Assembly (NCBI GenBank): GCA_030141605.1
Contig: JAQGDQ010000021.1
Span: 124,001 to 188,000 of the forward strand
DNA: 64,000 nucleotides
Direction of reading: 5' to 3'
From: Tubiluchus corallicola
Taxonomy: Eukaryota > Animalia > Priapulida
Made by a program: the position numbers and the translations under genes. Below the pieces are notes generated by a model that worked only from the letters and a program-made list of their open reading frames with translations, had not been told where the DNA came from and did not search any database. Positions 11,307 through 24,421 of this stretch are shown here, piece by piece (position 1 is the first letter of the stretch; each line of letters begins with the position of its first letter).

Positions 11307-14300
11307 AGCTTTCCATATTCATGATGCTTAATTCCACATTCATAACCAAAGCAGCAACTTTAGGATCATAGTTATGAATTTTCATGAATGCATTCTTGCA
11401 GGCACCAATCAAAGTAATTTATACGTTAAAAGCAACTAAAATCACAAACATGGGCAGATCATTAATCAAATTTGCTTCTGCGACCTTACAAGTGCCACAC
11501 GTGACTTCATTCTAGATGCTACATCTATAAGCACCTTTTTCGGAACCTACACACCCCACCTAAAAGAAGCCTGTCGCTTACCTACACCCCTGGTCATTAG
11601 TATTAAGATCATGTAGGGCTGTGGTAGTTTTAAAAAGGATCAATTCCGGGAAACATGTAAGAAAACAATAACGGTTTCATTAGAGGCATTAACAGCGAAG
11701 TACTCGACCATTAGTCTCTGACAAAATTACAGTTCGCCGACAGAATACAGATCTTCCATCATGCGGCCAGAATAGCAAATACCGATCTTGCGAAACAGTT
11801 AAGGGTAAATAGGAAAAAATAAAGGCGGGACTCAAATATCTTATGCCTGTGAGGTAAAGAGAAGGTCCAACTGTGAAACAAAGTGCGGCAGATTCCCAAA
11901 TTTATAAGAAAAAGAAACGATGGCGAAACTTGAAAGGGTGCATCTTGCGGGCCTCACAGTGTGTGATTAGAATAGACATGATGACTTAAAGTAAGGACAG
12001 GAACCATCCTTCCTATGGTTTTCATACCAATGAGACAAACAAACAACGATGAAGGGTAGCATTATGCAAAGCGAGAAAGATAAACAAAGCAAACCCACAC
12101 TGACGGACATAACGCTGAGTCTAGACACGTGGGACAGGAGAAATGGGGGTGAGAAGTGAAAAACACAGCTACGACGTTTATCGACGAATTGCTACCAAAA
12201 TGACTGAACACTGGACAACCATTTCATGTAGCATGACACACGGTACTGTATTTAGCAAACGATGTGTCTACAATCAATTCTGTGATTTCACAATTCAAAT
12301 CTCGAGAATGGCAAGACCGATGTTGCACCTCCCTTCACTCTTTACAGAGTCACAAAATTTTTTGGACGTCAAAGCTTGGTTAATCTGACGCACCCACGAT
12401 TTGTCGCGAACGCAAAAGTTAGTAAAAGTCGATGTGTCAGTGCTCATAGCATAACGCAGAAGGATAAGGACAAAAAAGGAAAAGTGGCATTACGTGAAAC
12501 CGTTGAAATGATGTGACTAAAAAAGTGTTACTACATGAAGTCAGTAAAGGTAAAGAGATAAGAGGCACATAATAATAAGGCGGCCATCTTGTGAAACCCT
12601 AAAGTAAACGAAGAGGACCTGAAAAGTGGTAAGTAAACATGTGAAAGCTACAAGTTCATGACGATGAAGCCACAAGAATGATGAATCCTCATCGGATGCT
12701 GCAGATGCATATATATAGCGCTTGATTAATGCTACGCAATGAAGACAAATAAGACAAAAATGAGAGAAGTTTAATAAAAAATGTGAATTTGTGATGAAAT
12801 AAAAGGATTTGCGTGGACAAAAGGAGACACAACAAGAAACAGGTGACAATGCAAGTTTGAGCGTTAAAAAAATCTTGAATCTTTAAAGACCACAGTAAAT
12901 AAGTAACAGTGACAAGTTGTCCAGACGTCAGCGTCATTCAACATCCGAGATCGCGGCCACCATCATCACTACTACCTGGTGTACATACTATACTATCTTA
13001 GTGACCCTCATCACCAGATTGTCACCGTTTCAAAATTGTCATCAGCGCTTTGTTGCTGTGCGCTTATTAATTTTCTTTGTAAAAGGACATTAAAGATGTA
13101 CAAACGCGTCAGTCAAACTAATAACGAAATTCTCTTGTCACTGAACATTCTGAATGATCTTTCAAGTATAACTACACTAGGAGAAAATAGAATTTTTTTG
13201 TGAATTTAAATTATACCACAGAAGAAAAACTAAGTTATGAAATCTATTGGTCTTATCGACGTGAATTAATTATTGAAGGTTTCACTCGAAATGAACTGAA
13301 TGAATGCTTTTGTATTTACTAACTAATTAATTCAAATTGTATATTTTGTATTATTTTTGTATATGTTTCTATCGTTACTATATATATTCACTGAATAATA
13401 AATGACTGTCAAAGAATAAAAAAACTAGTGGTTACAGGTAGTTTTCAAAAATATTAGATAGTTTATTTTTTACTTCACGACATACAACTAAATAACGACT
13501 CCTTGGAATCGATAAGATGTCAAAATATGAGGCAAATCATTTTACTGTTCACAATCAATAAAGACAATTATGCCGCATAACTTTTTTCCTCTATATTATC
13601 AACTTCAGTCCTATAAGTGCATACATTCTGGTCTGCTTTCTCTTTGCATTAGACGCATTGAACCTCTCTGTGCCAGCACACGCATGTACCCAGACCAGCC
13701 TCTAAGCGGAGTAACATGCAACTTTGCGTGACTAGACGTTGTTATTACAAAGTAAATTTTGATTTAGTCGCGTATGAGGTCTGCCCACTTGCGTGACACA
13801 GGAAACTTAGCCGAAGCATAATCGGCGTGTAGAAAAACCTGCCTCTTGGGAAAGCCTGAAAGGCACAAACCTGTTGAAGAAATTGATGAGACACAGAGGA
13901 CATCCGCTGAGAGTAAACCATTCATACAGTTACCATTATTTATTTTCCGGGAATACAATAGCATCCCCGCACGTTTTCCATTTTGAGGCTGGTTCACACA
14001 CTTTTTTATGCATATCCGGCATGCCATTATGGCAACCGAGTATATTTCCTTTCAAAGAGAGTACTTCACACATGCTATGGTGTTCTGATAAGGTAGAGTC
14101 TTTTCCATTAAAGGATTCGACGTTAAAAGGTAAGTGGCGACGGTTCATAAACCACAAATTCGTAAAAACCACGTATTAAATGACTTTCTAAACGATGCCC
14201 AATCTGTGACACTTTCTGCTCCAACCTAAGCAATTGTTAGGACACGTTCACACATACACGGTGGCGGCGATTTAGCGAACTAACTACTTTTTCGATAAAA

Positions 14301-17300
14301 AGTTCTGACACTTGAGATTCTAATAAATAAACACATCTATTGATTTCACCAACATATGTACTTTTTGCAAATACGCAGCCATGTTGTCACGTAGCTGAAT
14401 GTGACCTTGGTTGCTATCTGATACTGACCGTCAAGATTAACTTGAACATTTTATAATAAACTTGATAGCATAACTGAAGCCGGTAATTGCTTTTATAAAA
14501 TTTCATTCTGTCGTTTAACTGGTTCACATGACGAGGAAGTCAAACTGATTGTAATTTCAGTCGTATCGCGTTTCGTTTGTAACTAATTACCATTAGCCAT
14601 GTTTAAGGCCAGTAGTTTGTATTGTGCTGAATAACTAAAGAAGCTTTCGAATTTGACAGATTATTAAATCGCTATTCCAAGTTAAATATAGACTTTATAT
14701 CTGGTTTTAATCGATATGTTCTGTAAGCAAAGCATGTTGCTGCTTGGGGCGAAATAGTTACACTGAAATAGCCATGACTACAATGAGTTTCTGTTGTAGT
14801 TGCTTTGCACCACCATAGCAACTATGAACGCAGTATGCATATCAACAGACGATTTTAATACCTTTGATATGTTTATACATGTATGTAGGGCAATGCACAC
14901 CTAGCTGTTACATGTAATAATAAAATTTAACACTAATCTCCTTTTACAGTTTACACGTATGCTTTCACGAAAAATTGTACCAATCATTGGCCTTGTGAAG
15001 TTACAGAAAGTATAGCATTTATTTTGAAGAAGTAAAACAGAAAAAAACTAGATGCGTATGATACCATGACTGAATGTGATTATAATAATCAGAGCAGTCG
15101 CATATATTATAATATATATTTGCAACAGTCTAAAAAGTTTACAAAACCATCAATAAATCACACACACACTAACATAAGCAATTAAACATCAGCGCTGTGA
15201 TAAGCCGGGGCGCGCTTTTTCATCACATGATCAAAGGCTTTACAACGTTTTTAATCGCATTCTTGTAATTTAATGTAAAATCTGTTCCGAAATTTATAGC
15301 AGCTGGTTGCTATGTATTGTAACTAACTGGAGAAAGCTGACTCGGACTGCTTAATGGGGAATATAAATTTCAGTTGGTATTATTCACTTCACAGCTGTTA
15401 CAGCCTAATAATAGGTTAGATGAATGCATTGCGTACCTTGATCTGATGTATTATTATAAGAGTCATTATACAATACACGCCAGGTGCCTGAATAAAAAAG
15501 AGACTACGTGTACGTGAGAAATAGTCATAATCGTCCAACTCAAATCTGGTGTGATAAGCGACATTATGGGGGCCAAACTTGAGTCAACATCAAAGCATTA
15601 TGTTACTGATCAGTTAAGCCAAGACCAGGGCCAAAACAGAAAAGCTTTGTTCACGTCAAACAAATTCTCCAACTCGCAGTTCAACAGTTCAGGTCGAGCT
15701 GCGCGAGAGAAAGTAATCCGCCGGTTGAAATTCCGCTCACGTCACTGCTGTCGAGCGGCAAGAAAAGTATAGCCAACGATTCTAGCGCTCAGTCATGCGA
15801 CTATTACCGCTGTGATGAAAGAATGAAACGTGAGGGGAAATATTCAACAGACTCGGGGCAGAGGAGGCTCAATAAACCTGCTTCTGCGAATATTTGCGAC
15901 TGTTTATGATTCGTCAGTGACACACACCACGTACAAATGGCGCAAATGTCAGAAGAAGGCATAGGAACTAGAAAGGTAGCCTAGGTTACAATGCAGACCA
16001 TCTAGAAAAAACAAAGAAAATTTTTGAACTGCTTCTTTTAGAAACAACAATAACCGAAATTATGGTAAAAGATTTATTAGAAGGAAGTTGTGCTTTTCAT
16101 CAACGTACTTTAATAACACATGACCAATGAAGTTAATGGGTGTGGCTTCGCAAGAATGCGCGATCGTGACATCCGCCCACCTTTGCCAGCTCACCCACCG
16201 TTGCGCTCTCAAGTAAACACCATCCATCCTCCGCGAAACGTGACTAAGACGTAATGAAAAGATTTTGCAGCAGTAGCAGCATTCCTCGCTTCCCTGGCAG
16301 CCTAGCTACCGGTCTCTATAATCACAATTCTACTCGTAGGTGGTGCTTGCTAGGCACGTACGCTATGCGCAGCGCGTTTCATGTGAAATTGTTATTGATG
16401 TTTGAAGAAATCGTAATAAGTTGCGTGCCGAATGTTATTACTAAGAATCGTGAACTTCAGCTTCAACATAACAACACGTATAAATGTACACTGATGGTTT
16501 CGTACAATTTATTGCTCCACACAAGTCATCTAGCACTTGGGTATGAAGAATCATTGTTTAGCGAGAAAACTTCTAAGCACTATACTGGTATCATCAACCT
16601 ACAGACTGAAAAGAATTCTAGTCGGGTTTTACCTTTTAAGAAAATTATGCAGAATTTTAAGCATTGGCATAATTTTCAAGTCACTTTATGCCATAGGTCA
16701 AACCTCTTTCAATTTTTCTCAAATTTGAGTGTCAAAAAGCCTCCAACTCATAAGTCTAAAATTGTTTCATAATGACAGATCTCAAAAGACAAACCAGTTT
16801 TATTATTTTACTGCATTTTTTGTAGAAAAAAACTGCAGAAAATAAGATTTTGGTTTATACCACAAGGCTAAGAGTAATTACTGATTAGCCACCAAAACGA
16901 TGGCATGCATCCATGCGAAAACCAAAATTGGGCGAGTGTACTTTGAGGCTACTATAAATATACTACACATAAATTGGCTAACTGAAGAACCTATCTTTGG
17001 TGCTTATGCTACAACAGCACTGGTTCCTAAACTAGCAGAAAGACCTGTTGCCATACATCTAATACATAGAAGAAACAGTAAAAGTGTGGCTTGGAAGGTA
17101 ATTTTACTTTTTCTCTATTTTTAACCATCTCTCCTCGAATTATTAGATTTGATAATAATATATAATATTTTAGATCACTAGCACACCTAGAGAAATGAAC
17201 ACTTTTCTTATCACTGGCAAAATACATATACATGTATTAACATGGCCATATTAGAAAATTCAGTATTTGAATTCTTTTCATGAAATATAGATGGCACCAC

Positions 17301-19090
17301 TAACATAGTTATGAATTAAAAACTGCGTAAGCGTAGATAAACTTGATGCAAACGACAAACATCTAAAACATTGTGCCGATTTTCATCAATTACACCTGAC
17401 ACTATCAGCACGCATTTCAATCACAACTGTGCACAAAATATAGCATTTGTGTAGCACAGTCAACAGTTTTGTCAAGAATGCTGTACACCACAAAATTTAA
17501 AGTATCAAAGTGAAAATTAGTCTACTGTATTTAAAATAAACTCAGTCACCCGGGAAAAAGTTACTGCACAGAGGCAAACATGTTTATCAGTTAAGGTACA
17601 ACAAAAGTCTAGATTGGCCATCGCAAGTACCATTATTGCAGCAAGATGACAAAGTCCAGGGAAAATGAGTGTAAATCTCCGCAAGGTGAACATTTGTGTC
17701 TTTAAGCTTCGATTGATTTTTTAATCTTAGTTAATAACTGATCTTACGCAGAGATGAATCAACAGTGTTTTCAAAATGTACATGACAACAGTGCAAACCC
17801 ACACATGTCATTTTGGACACTACAAAAAATACATAAATATCACCACTTATGAGTATTTGTTTATTAAGTACTTTAAATTTATGCTGTTAGTTTACAAAGA
17901 TCATTTGTCATTTTTAAAAATGGGGTATATGGCTGGGGTAATAACAAAAGTTTACAGCAAAAATTTGAATGAAGGTCAAAATAGGGTTTGCCCTTCACAG
18001 TAAAAGTAAATGAAAACTTACCAATCTTTATGGTTGGAGATACCTTCCTGAAAAAACAAACAAACTAGTTTCTCAGAAATCTGATGTTTCAATGAATATT
18101 TGTTACTGCTAATTTGCATAACTGCACATGTTGCATAGGCATGTGTGTAGTCATAATTTTGATAAAAAAGTTGCTAATTCACATACCAAAATTCTGTTCT
18201 AGAAATATAAATGTAAATTTTCACAACAACATTTATTAGCAAAAATTATATTGCTGCTGGAGTTTAAATATTACTGTTGTCAACATGTTAAAAATGATAT
18301 GTCAGGAAAACTGTCAGCTGTTTAGTGTATGTAACTAAACTAATTTTTTCCATTTTTCACTTATAAATGACGTGCCCTAGCAACATTCTGCAGTGTTTTT
18401 CTCTGCATTACTCTGGGGTCAAGAGCCGTGGCTTTTCAAAACACGGGCCCAAGCTTTGCATAGATACTGTATTATTACTTAAATGGGCTGCAATAGACTT
18501 TATAGATTATACCTTGCTAAAAACACTACAATGTTTAATTTCATTCAGTAGATGAATGAAATGCAGCAGATGTCCAGCAGACAATGTAGAATGCGAAACT
18601 TACAGTGGCAGAAGTCTTTGTAAGCAACCCATTAAAAGTCATAATGTACCTGTTTGCATCACTCTTTTTAAAAGGTTTGTTTCAGTAGCGTTGCCAGTAC
18701 AGTACTTGCCATTGGCTAGATTTCTGTTGTGAAATTTCCACTGTCGCACGTGATCTTGCAGCTCAACTCCCCAAAGCACGGCAAATGAAGCTAGTTTACT
18801 AGCGCTCAATAAGTTTTTTAAGTAAATTTGTATAAGTTCAGTGAACTTAGACTCTTAACTTTCTTGTGCCTCTTGAGTGCAGTTAATTGGTTGGTCGACT
18901 GGTCAAGTCTTAGCACTGGTCAACTTGGGGTGCAAAGCACGTGCTTGTGACCACCCAGCTAATTAATCCTAATTAACACAAAGGAAACAAGCTGACTACA
19001 AGCAAAATGAAGGAGAAATAGCAAATTATTTACTGGATGGCTCAATCATGTTTATGACAAAAAACAATTCTAAATACTTGAATAATTTAC

Positions 19091-21445
19091 CTGTAAGTGT
19101 TCCAGCCCTGAGAGCTGTCTAAGTTCTGTTATTCTTTCTAGAATTTCATTCACTTTATCTTCAAGAGCAGCAGAAGCCTAAAAAATTACATATTAGAAAC
19201 ACTCACAACTATTTATATACACAAAAAACTTTATCTGTTGTCATATTGTGATGTTTTATAGAAATTTTAACTAAATTCCATGCAAACTCAATTTTGTGTA
19301 ACAGGTGCTGTTACTGCATGAAATTATACTAAAAATGAAAAAAAAATTATGTGATGCATCAAGTTCCAGCTTTAGAAAATGCAAAATCTGACAGAGAGGT
19401 CACAATAGGTTTAAACAATAGGCAAAAAATTACTTTATTAAAACCTGTAATAGCTTTTTTAAAGGAATGCAAAACACAGTTGAATTACTAGTTCTTTTTA
19501 ACAGCGTAATACATAGCAATAAAGTTTGTCCATGTTATCATGTGTAAATTATTCTTTAGAACAACATCTATGCAATTTCTTATATTCAATTCGTCAGAAC
19601 ACCATATAAAATTTTAGTGCAACCAACATTCACAACCGAAATTCTTTGCAATGTTGATAAACACTTTTACCATAGATTTTTTTAATATTGGTCTACCCTT
19701 TGCATGTCAGTTAATGCTGACTTTCATTGTTACTGAATTTTCGATGTTAATAGATGTGCTGAACCTATTATGTGTTCGAATAAATAATACAGATGAAAAT
19801 TGACAACATATAAGCAAACATGCCCTTTCAAGATTTATTTAAGTAATATTTTGCATATGTTCAAATTTTAATGTCACTCAAATCTCAGACTCATGTCTAA
19901 AAATTACTTGAATTTTTAACCATCAACTTTTAACGTAAAAAGTCCTGCAGTGATTTAGTCACTATACTCATATATGCTCTTTAATTTTTCGATATAATTA
20001 AAATTAATGAAAATATTTTACTTTTTTCATGTTGAGTTTTTTATGCTTCAATGCTTTCATGCATGCTGGTTTCATTATCAATAAATAATTGATATTTTTG
20101 TTGCATTTTTACACCCCAATTCTGATTTCTGAAGTACTTTGTTCAGAATGAATGCATAATAACACAAATATGTTCTTTACCTAGACATTGCTTAGGTACT
20201 AGAGTATTGTATTCAATCATTTACGACATGTTTTCACTGCTATTCATGTTAGCGTCACTGTTGCAACTGCAGCCCGTAAACAAGTTAAGACATCATAAAT
20301 AAATGTGTGAAAAAGAAAGAAAAATGCTCTAAAGTTATCAAAAAGTGATTAGACCAGATTAGATTAGATAAAGGTACATAAGTTCTGTTTCTGTCATGAG
20401 TATGAATATATGTGTATAAATATCACTTTCTCACATTCCCCTAAACAATAGGCAGCGTCTAATCTTCGATGTGATTTTACAAAAAAAAATCGTAATACAA
20501 ACTGGAGGAATATCAGACTCGTCCCTATTGATATTGCTTTTTTCTTTCCCCTTCAATGCTTCCATCATTATATTATTATCGTCCATTGGTATTTGTGCAT
20601 TAAGTTCCTCTCTAGTAAGACTGTCCTTAGCACATCTAAAATAAAGTATATATTTATATAGTTAGTACAATGCAAATTACAATTATTTTAGTATACTAAC
20701 AGTCGAACTTTGTAAAAAAAATGAATGCATATGTCAGTTGAGATAAACTCATTTAATGCTGTTTATTTAAATTGTATATGAACCTAAAAGAGTGTTGTTA
20801 ACAATCAATTTCAAGAACAGCACAGTCACAAAACTGGGAACAACACTGTCATTGTGTTGTCATTTTTGCTGGCCTTTTATGTTATCATCACTTATGAAAG
20901 TAACTATTATTAATAGTCTACGACAGTATGTACATTTAATTTGATTAAAAATCAAATTGCTGATAAGTATGAAAATCTGTTAAAGTTTACGCACCGCTTT
21001 GCAAATTCATTCAACAATATTCTTTCTTTCGCATTCAGGTTATGTCGCACAACTTTCATACCTAAAAAAATTTTCACAGTAATTAATCAATTCAATAATA
21101 AGTTATAAAAACTTGAATTAATCCACTGTGACAATCATCCAGTTTCTTACCAAGATTGAAAACACCACAGCAACAGTTAATAACTGTCTTTGAGTAAATT
21201 GAGTTTACAGCTTTAAGGAAACAAGTCTCCCATAGAAGTAAAAACTTTAGCTTAAATATTATACCACTGTCAAGAAGACTGGCCTCTGCATTCTGAGTGA
21301 GCGAATCTCCACTACTGAAACTGGAAAGAAAACTTTCTGAATCAACTTCAACAAGAAGATCTCGTGGAACCTTCACATTGACAGCTTTTGATACGTCAAA
21401 GCTTTGTGGCGATGATTTACCTGCACCGGAAGCCATTAAACACAT
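19091..21445 (-). CDS. Uncharacterised multi-exon protein (>=156 aa) with Ser-rich N-terminus and C-terminal coiled-coil-like segment
   Basis: Four phase-compatible exons with AG/GT boundaries: 21445-21265 (phase 1), 21061-20995 (phase 2), 20635-20503 (phase 0, donor gtttgt), 19177-19091. Spliced product: MCLMASGAGKSSPQSFDVSKAVNVKVPRDLLVEVDSESFLSSFSSGDSLTQNAEASLLDSGMKVVRHNLNAKERILLNEFAKRCAKDSLTREELNAQIPMDDNNIMMEALKGKEKSNINRDESDIPPASAALEDKVNEILERITELRQLSGLEHLQ. Probable 5'UTR exon at ~22068-21961 (gtaagt donor). The 3' end is unresolved; candidate exons are 18047-18022 and 17819-17771. Confidence 0.65.
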
Positions 21446-24421
21446 TTCTACGAAATGAATAGCATAAAATTAGTGTATGTTTAATTTTTAATTTTAACAT
21501 TGACAGAAAGGCTTACAATGCCAATTAATGTGCATGAAACAATGAATGTCATTCTGATCAGCTGGTTTACATTAATATCATCACTTAGTATTCTATTATG
21601 TCATCTTCAAGATAAATAAAATTAACAGTAATCTGCACCTAACTGCAGTTGAATATAGGTTACCCTATATTACAGACCCATACTGTACCAACACAAATTT
21701 AGGAAATGCAGACAAAACCAAGATGGTTTACGATGCATATCTGTATATATATATATATTCAAACCTTAATAAGCCTGGAATGTAATGCACCTTCTTTATT
21801 TTATATTGTAGCAGTTTCTCATTTAGTACTAGATCAAATGCAAGCAGCCTAGTTCTGTTAAGCTGGTTTTGTCACACCAGAAAAAATTAAAAGCATATGT
21901 CAAAATTGAGATGCTGGAGAAAATTAGTTAAAACTATAGTAAATTATATAGTAGACTTACGATGGTGTCAATAGGACTGTCTTATTATGCATGAACTCCA
22001 CTCATTGCTTCTTCCAAGAAAATATATATTGCCATGCTTTATCTACACATTGTTCTCCTATTCCCTACCTACAAGAATTAAGTATTTCTCCATTAGGATC
22101 ATTTTTGCTTGGTCAGTTGTATTTACTCTAATTTAATTTATTTATTTGTACATCTGATTGTAGGTTTTTATGAAAATGAAGCTCAAACAAAAAATCACAT
22201 ACATGTACATATCATTTGGTTTTGGTCACACTATGCACCTTGCAGTCTATTTACCTCAACTTATGCAATAGAGATAGGTGTAAGTTGTAGCCATGTAACC
22301 TAGTCCAACTAATTAAATGTTGTTGAGTAGGCCTACAATGTTGTCTAATTGGAATTTTATAAGGCTATTTCCTTTGTCTCAATATCAAAACTTGCTTAAA
22401 TGGTAATTAACAGAAGAAAAAAATCCAACAATTTTATTTATAAATATTTCAATTTAAGATACGCTTCAAAAAAACTTTTTTGCTATTAGTATAAATTAGG
22501 TTGGAAATACAGTGTATTTTGAAGTGCAGGAAAATGCCCTTTATCGACCCTGCTGCAGAATCTTAACTTGATTATATGAACATCGTTATTATCTAAATTT
22601 TAATAGTAATAATCCTTCACCATATAAGGTACTAATAACTTTGCAGATATCGTCAAAATTCATTGGCATAACTGTCATTAGCTATATAAGGTACTAAAGA
22701 ATACCTTAGATGCTGATCATACACACATCATCAAAATTACTTAGCATAACTATGGTAACACCAACCCTGAAGTGCAAACCTTGCACGCCTAGAGGTTAGA
22801 GCATTACCCAAAAAGTGACTGAGTCTGACCTAAAGTGAGGAAGACAAATATTAAGCAAGGTAGTTATTTTGAACCACTTATTACATTAATATAATATTAG
22901 AGCATTCCACCAACTCTTTATCTGCAGTTAATACTAATAGCTCCTTCCGTTCCTAAAACAAGATTTGGTTGTTATTGAACACCTTATCTTAACAATTCAA
23001 GTCATTTTGCTTTTCAACGTGTTTTAAGGCGATTCTTACTAGTGTTTCAGTCGGTAATCTGAAGCGATGTCCTAACCATCTTAATCTTCGAAGCTTTAGT
23101 TTTGAACTCCGAGGAATTTTACTAGACTTTCATTCTACATTACATGTCTACAATAATTTCTGTATTGTATGGAATTAATGTTTTTCAAGCTAACTAATTC
23201 CAGATCTCTTTTGTGAAATGGAAAAAAATAAACGAGAGTGGCACACTCAATGACAACTATAGGCGTCACTAAACCATTCAATAGCATGTAGAAAAATATA
23301 AACACCAAAGTGCGTAAAGTTTCAAAAGAAAGCAGCTTGCAATATGCACAATCTTCGGAAACGAATAGTGTTCAATAGAGGTTTGCTTCCAAGTCTCTGT
23401 TTAATTTTTTTAAACGAACTTATGCATTTTTATTACAGACAACATGAAAATTGTATACTTTTTTATTATTATTTCATTATTTGTAATGTACACAAGCTCA
23501 AAACACATTATTCTTGCCGACAGATCTCTCAACATCTTGCACAGCATATCATGCTGTTTACTAAAATTATCATTAAACAAACAATCTATCTACAAAAATA
23601 TGGAAAAATAAGAAGGCAATTGCCACTACAACGAGCGAATGGCTAGTCAAACAAGCAACAAGATAACTACACAGTTAACCTAAACCAAATTTGTGTCTAC
23701 TCGTTCTTCTGGAATAGTTACATTTATGAAATTTCATTTTTCATATTTTTTATGAATATATGCATCAAAACTTTGTAAAATTCACAAGCACAATGTTAAC
23801 ATTTCATCTATAAACTTTTAATGCTATATAATACAATTGATTATTAATTAAAAGTTTGACGCCAAACTTGAAACACAAATATAGGAAACGTAAAAAGTTG
23901 GAACAGCCTACATTTAAATCAGAGGCCATTTTTGCTGACAAACAGACACTTCAGACCACTTTATTTCCTAGTGGCCAAGGCAGTCCAAAGTTCACCCTAT
24001 GGCTGGTAAACTAAATATGCAATTTCTTTTCCACTGTTAGATCGTTCACATTAGTATGAATCTCATTACCAAAGACTATCCTCTCTAAGATGAGGTAAAT
24101 TCTGGTTAGCGAAGAGAAATAACTAGAGACAGTCGAACCACCCCACTAGGGATTACTTAAACGGCAGTCACCAATCTCTTTGCCCACCAAGCCCACAGTT
24201 ATTTAAGTTTTGTTTGTCAAAGCACACTGTGGCCACTCAGCTAATCACCTTGCAAATCAAGGATTTAGCAAGCAGCAACTGATACACGAATGCATTATAC
24301 ACGTATACACGAATATATACTGTAATTAATCTGTACAAATAAATACTGCAAATTAATAATAAAATTAAATGCATCTTTTTTCATTTACATCTACAAATAT
24401 CAAATTTAATGATCAGTTGTT

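Noticed and set aside
13764-14179. Three overlapping ORFs in a GC-richer block
   Set aside because: No recognisable domain and no consistent splice structure. May be regulatory or repeat-derived.
16254-16772. 172-aa plus-strand ORF
   Set aside because: Composition typical of translated non-coding DNA, with no motif.
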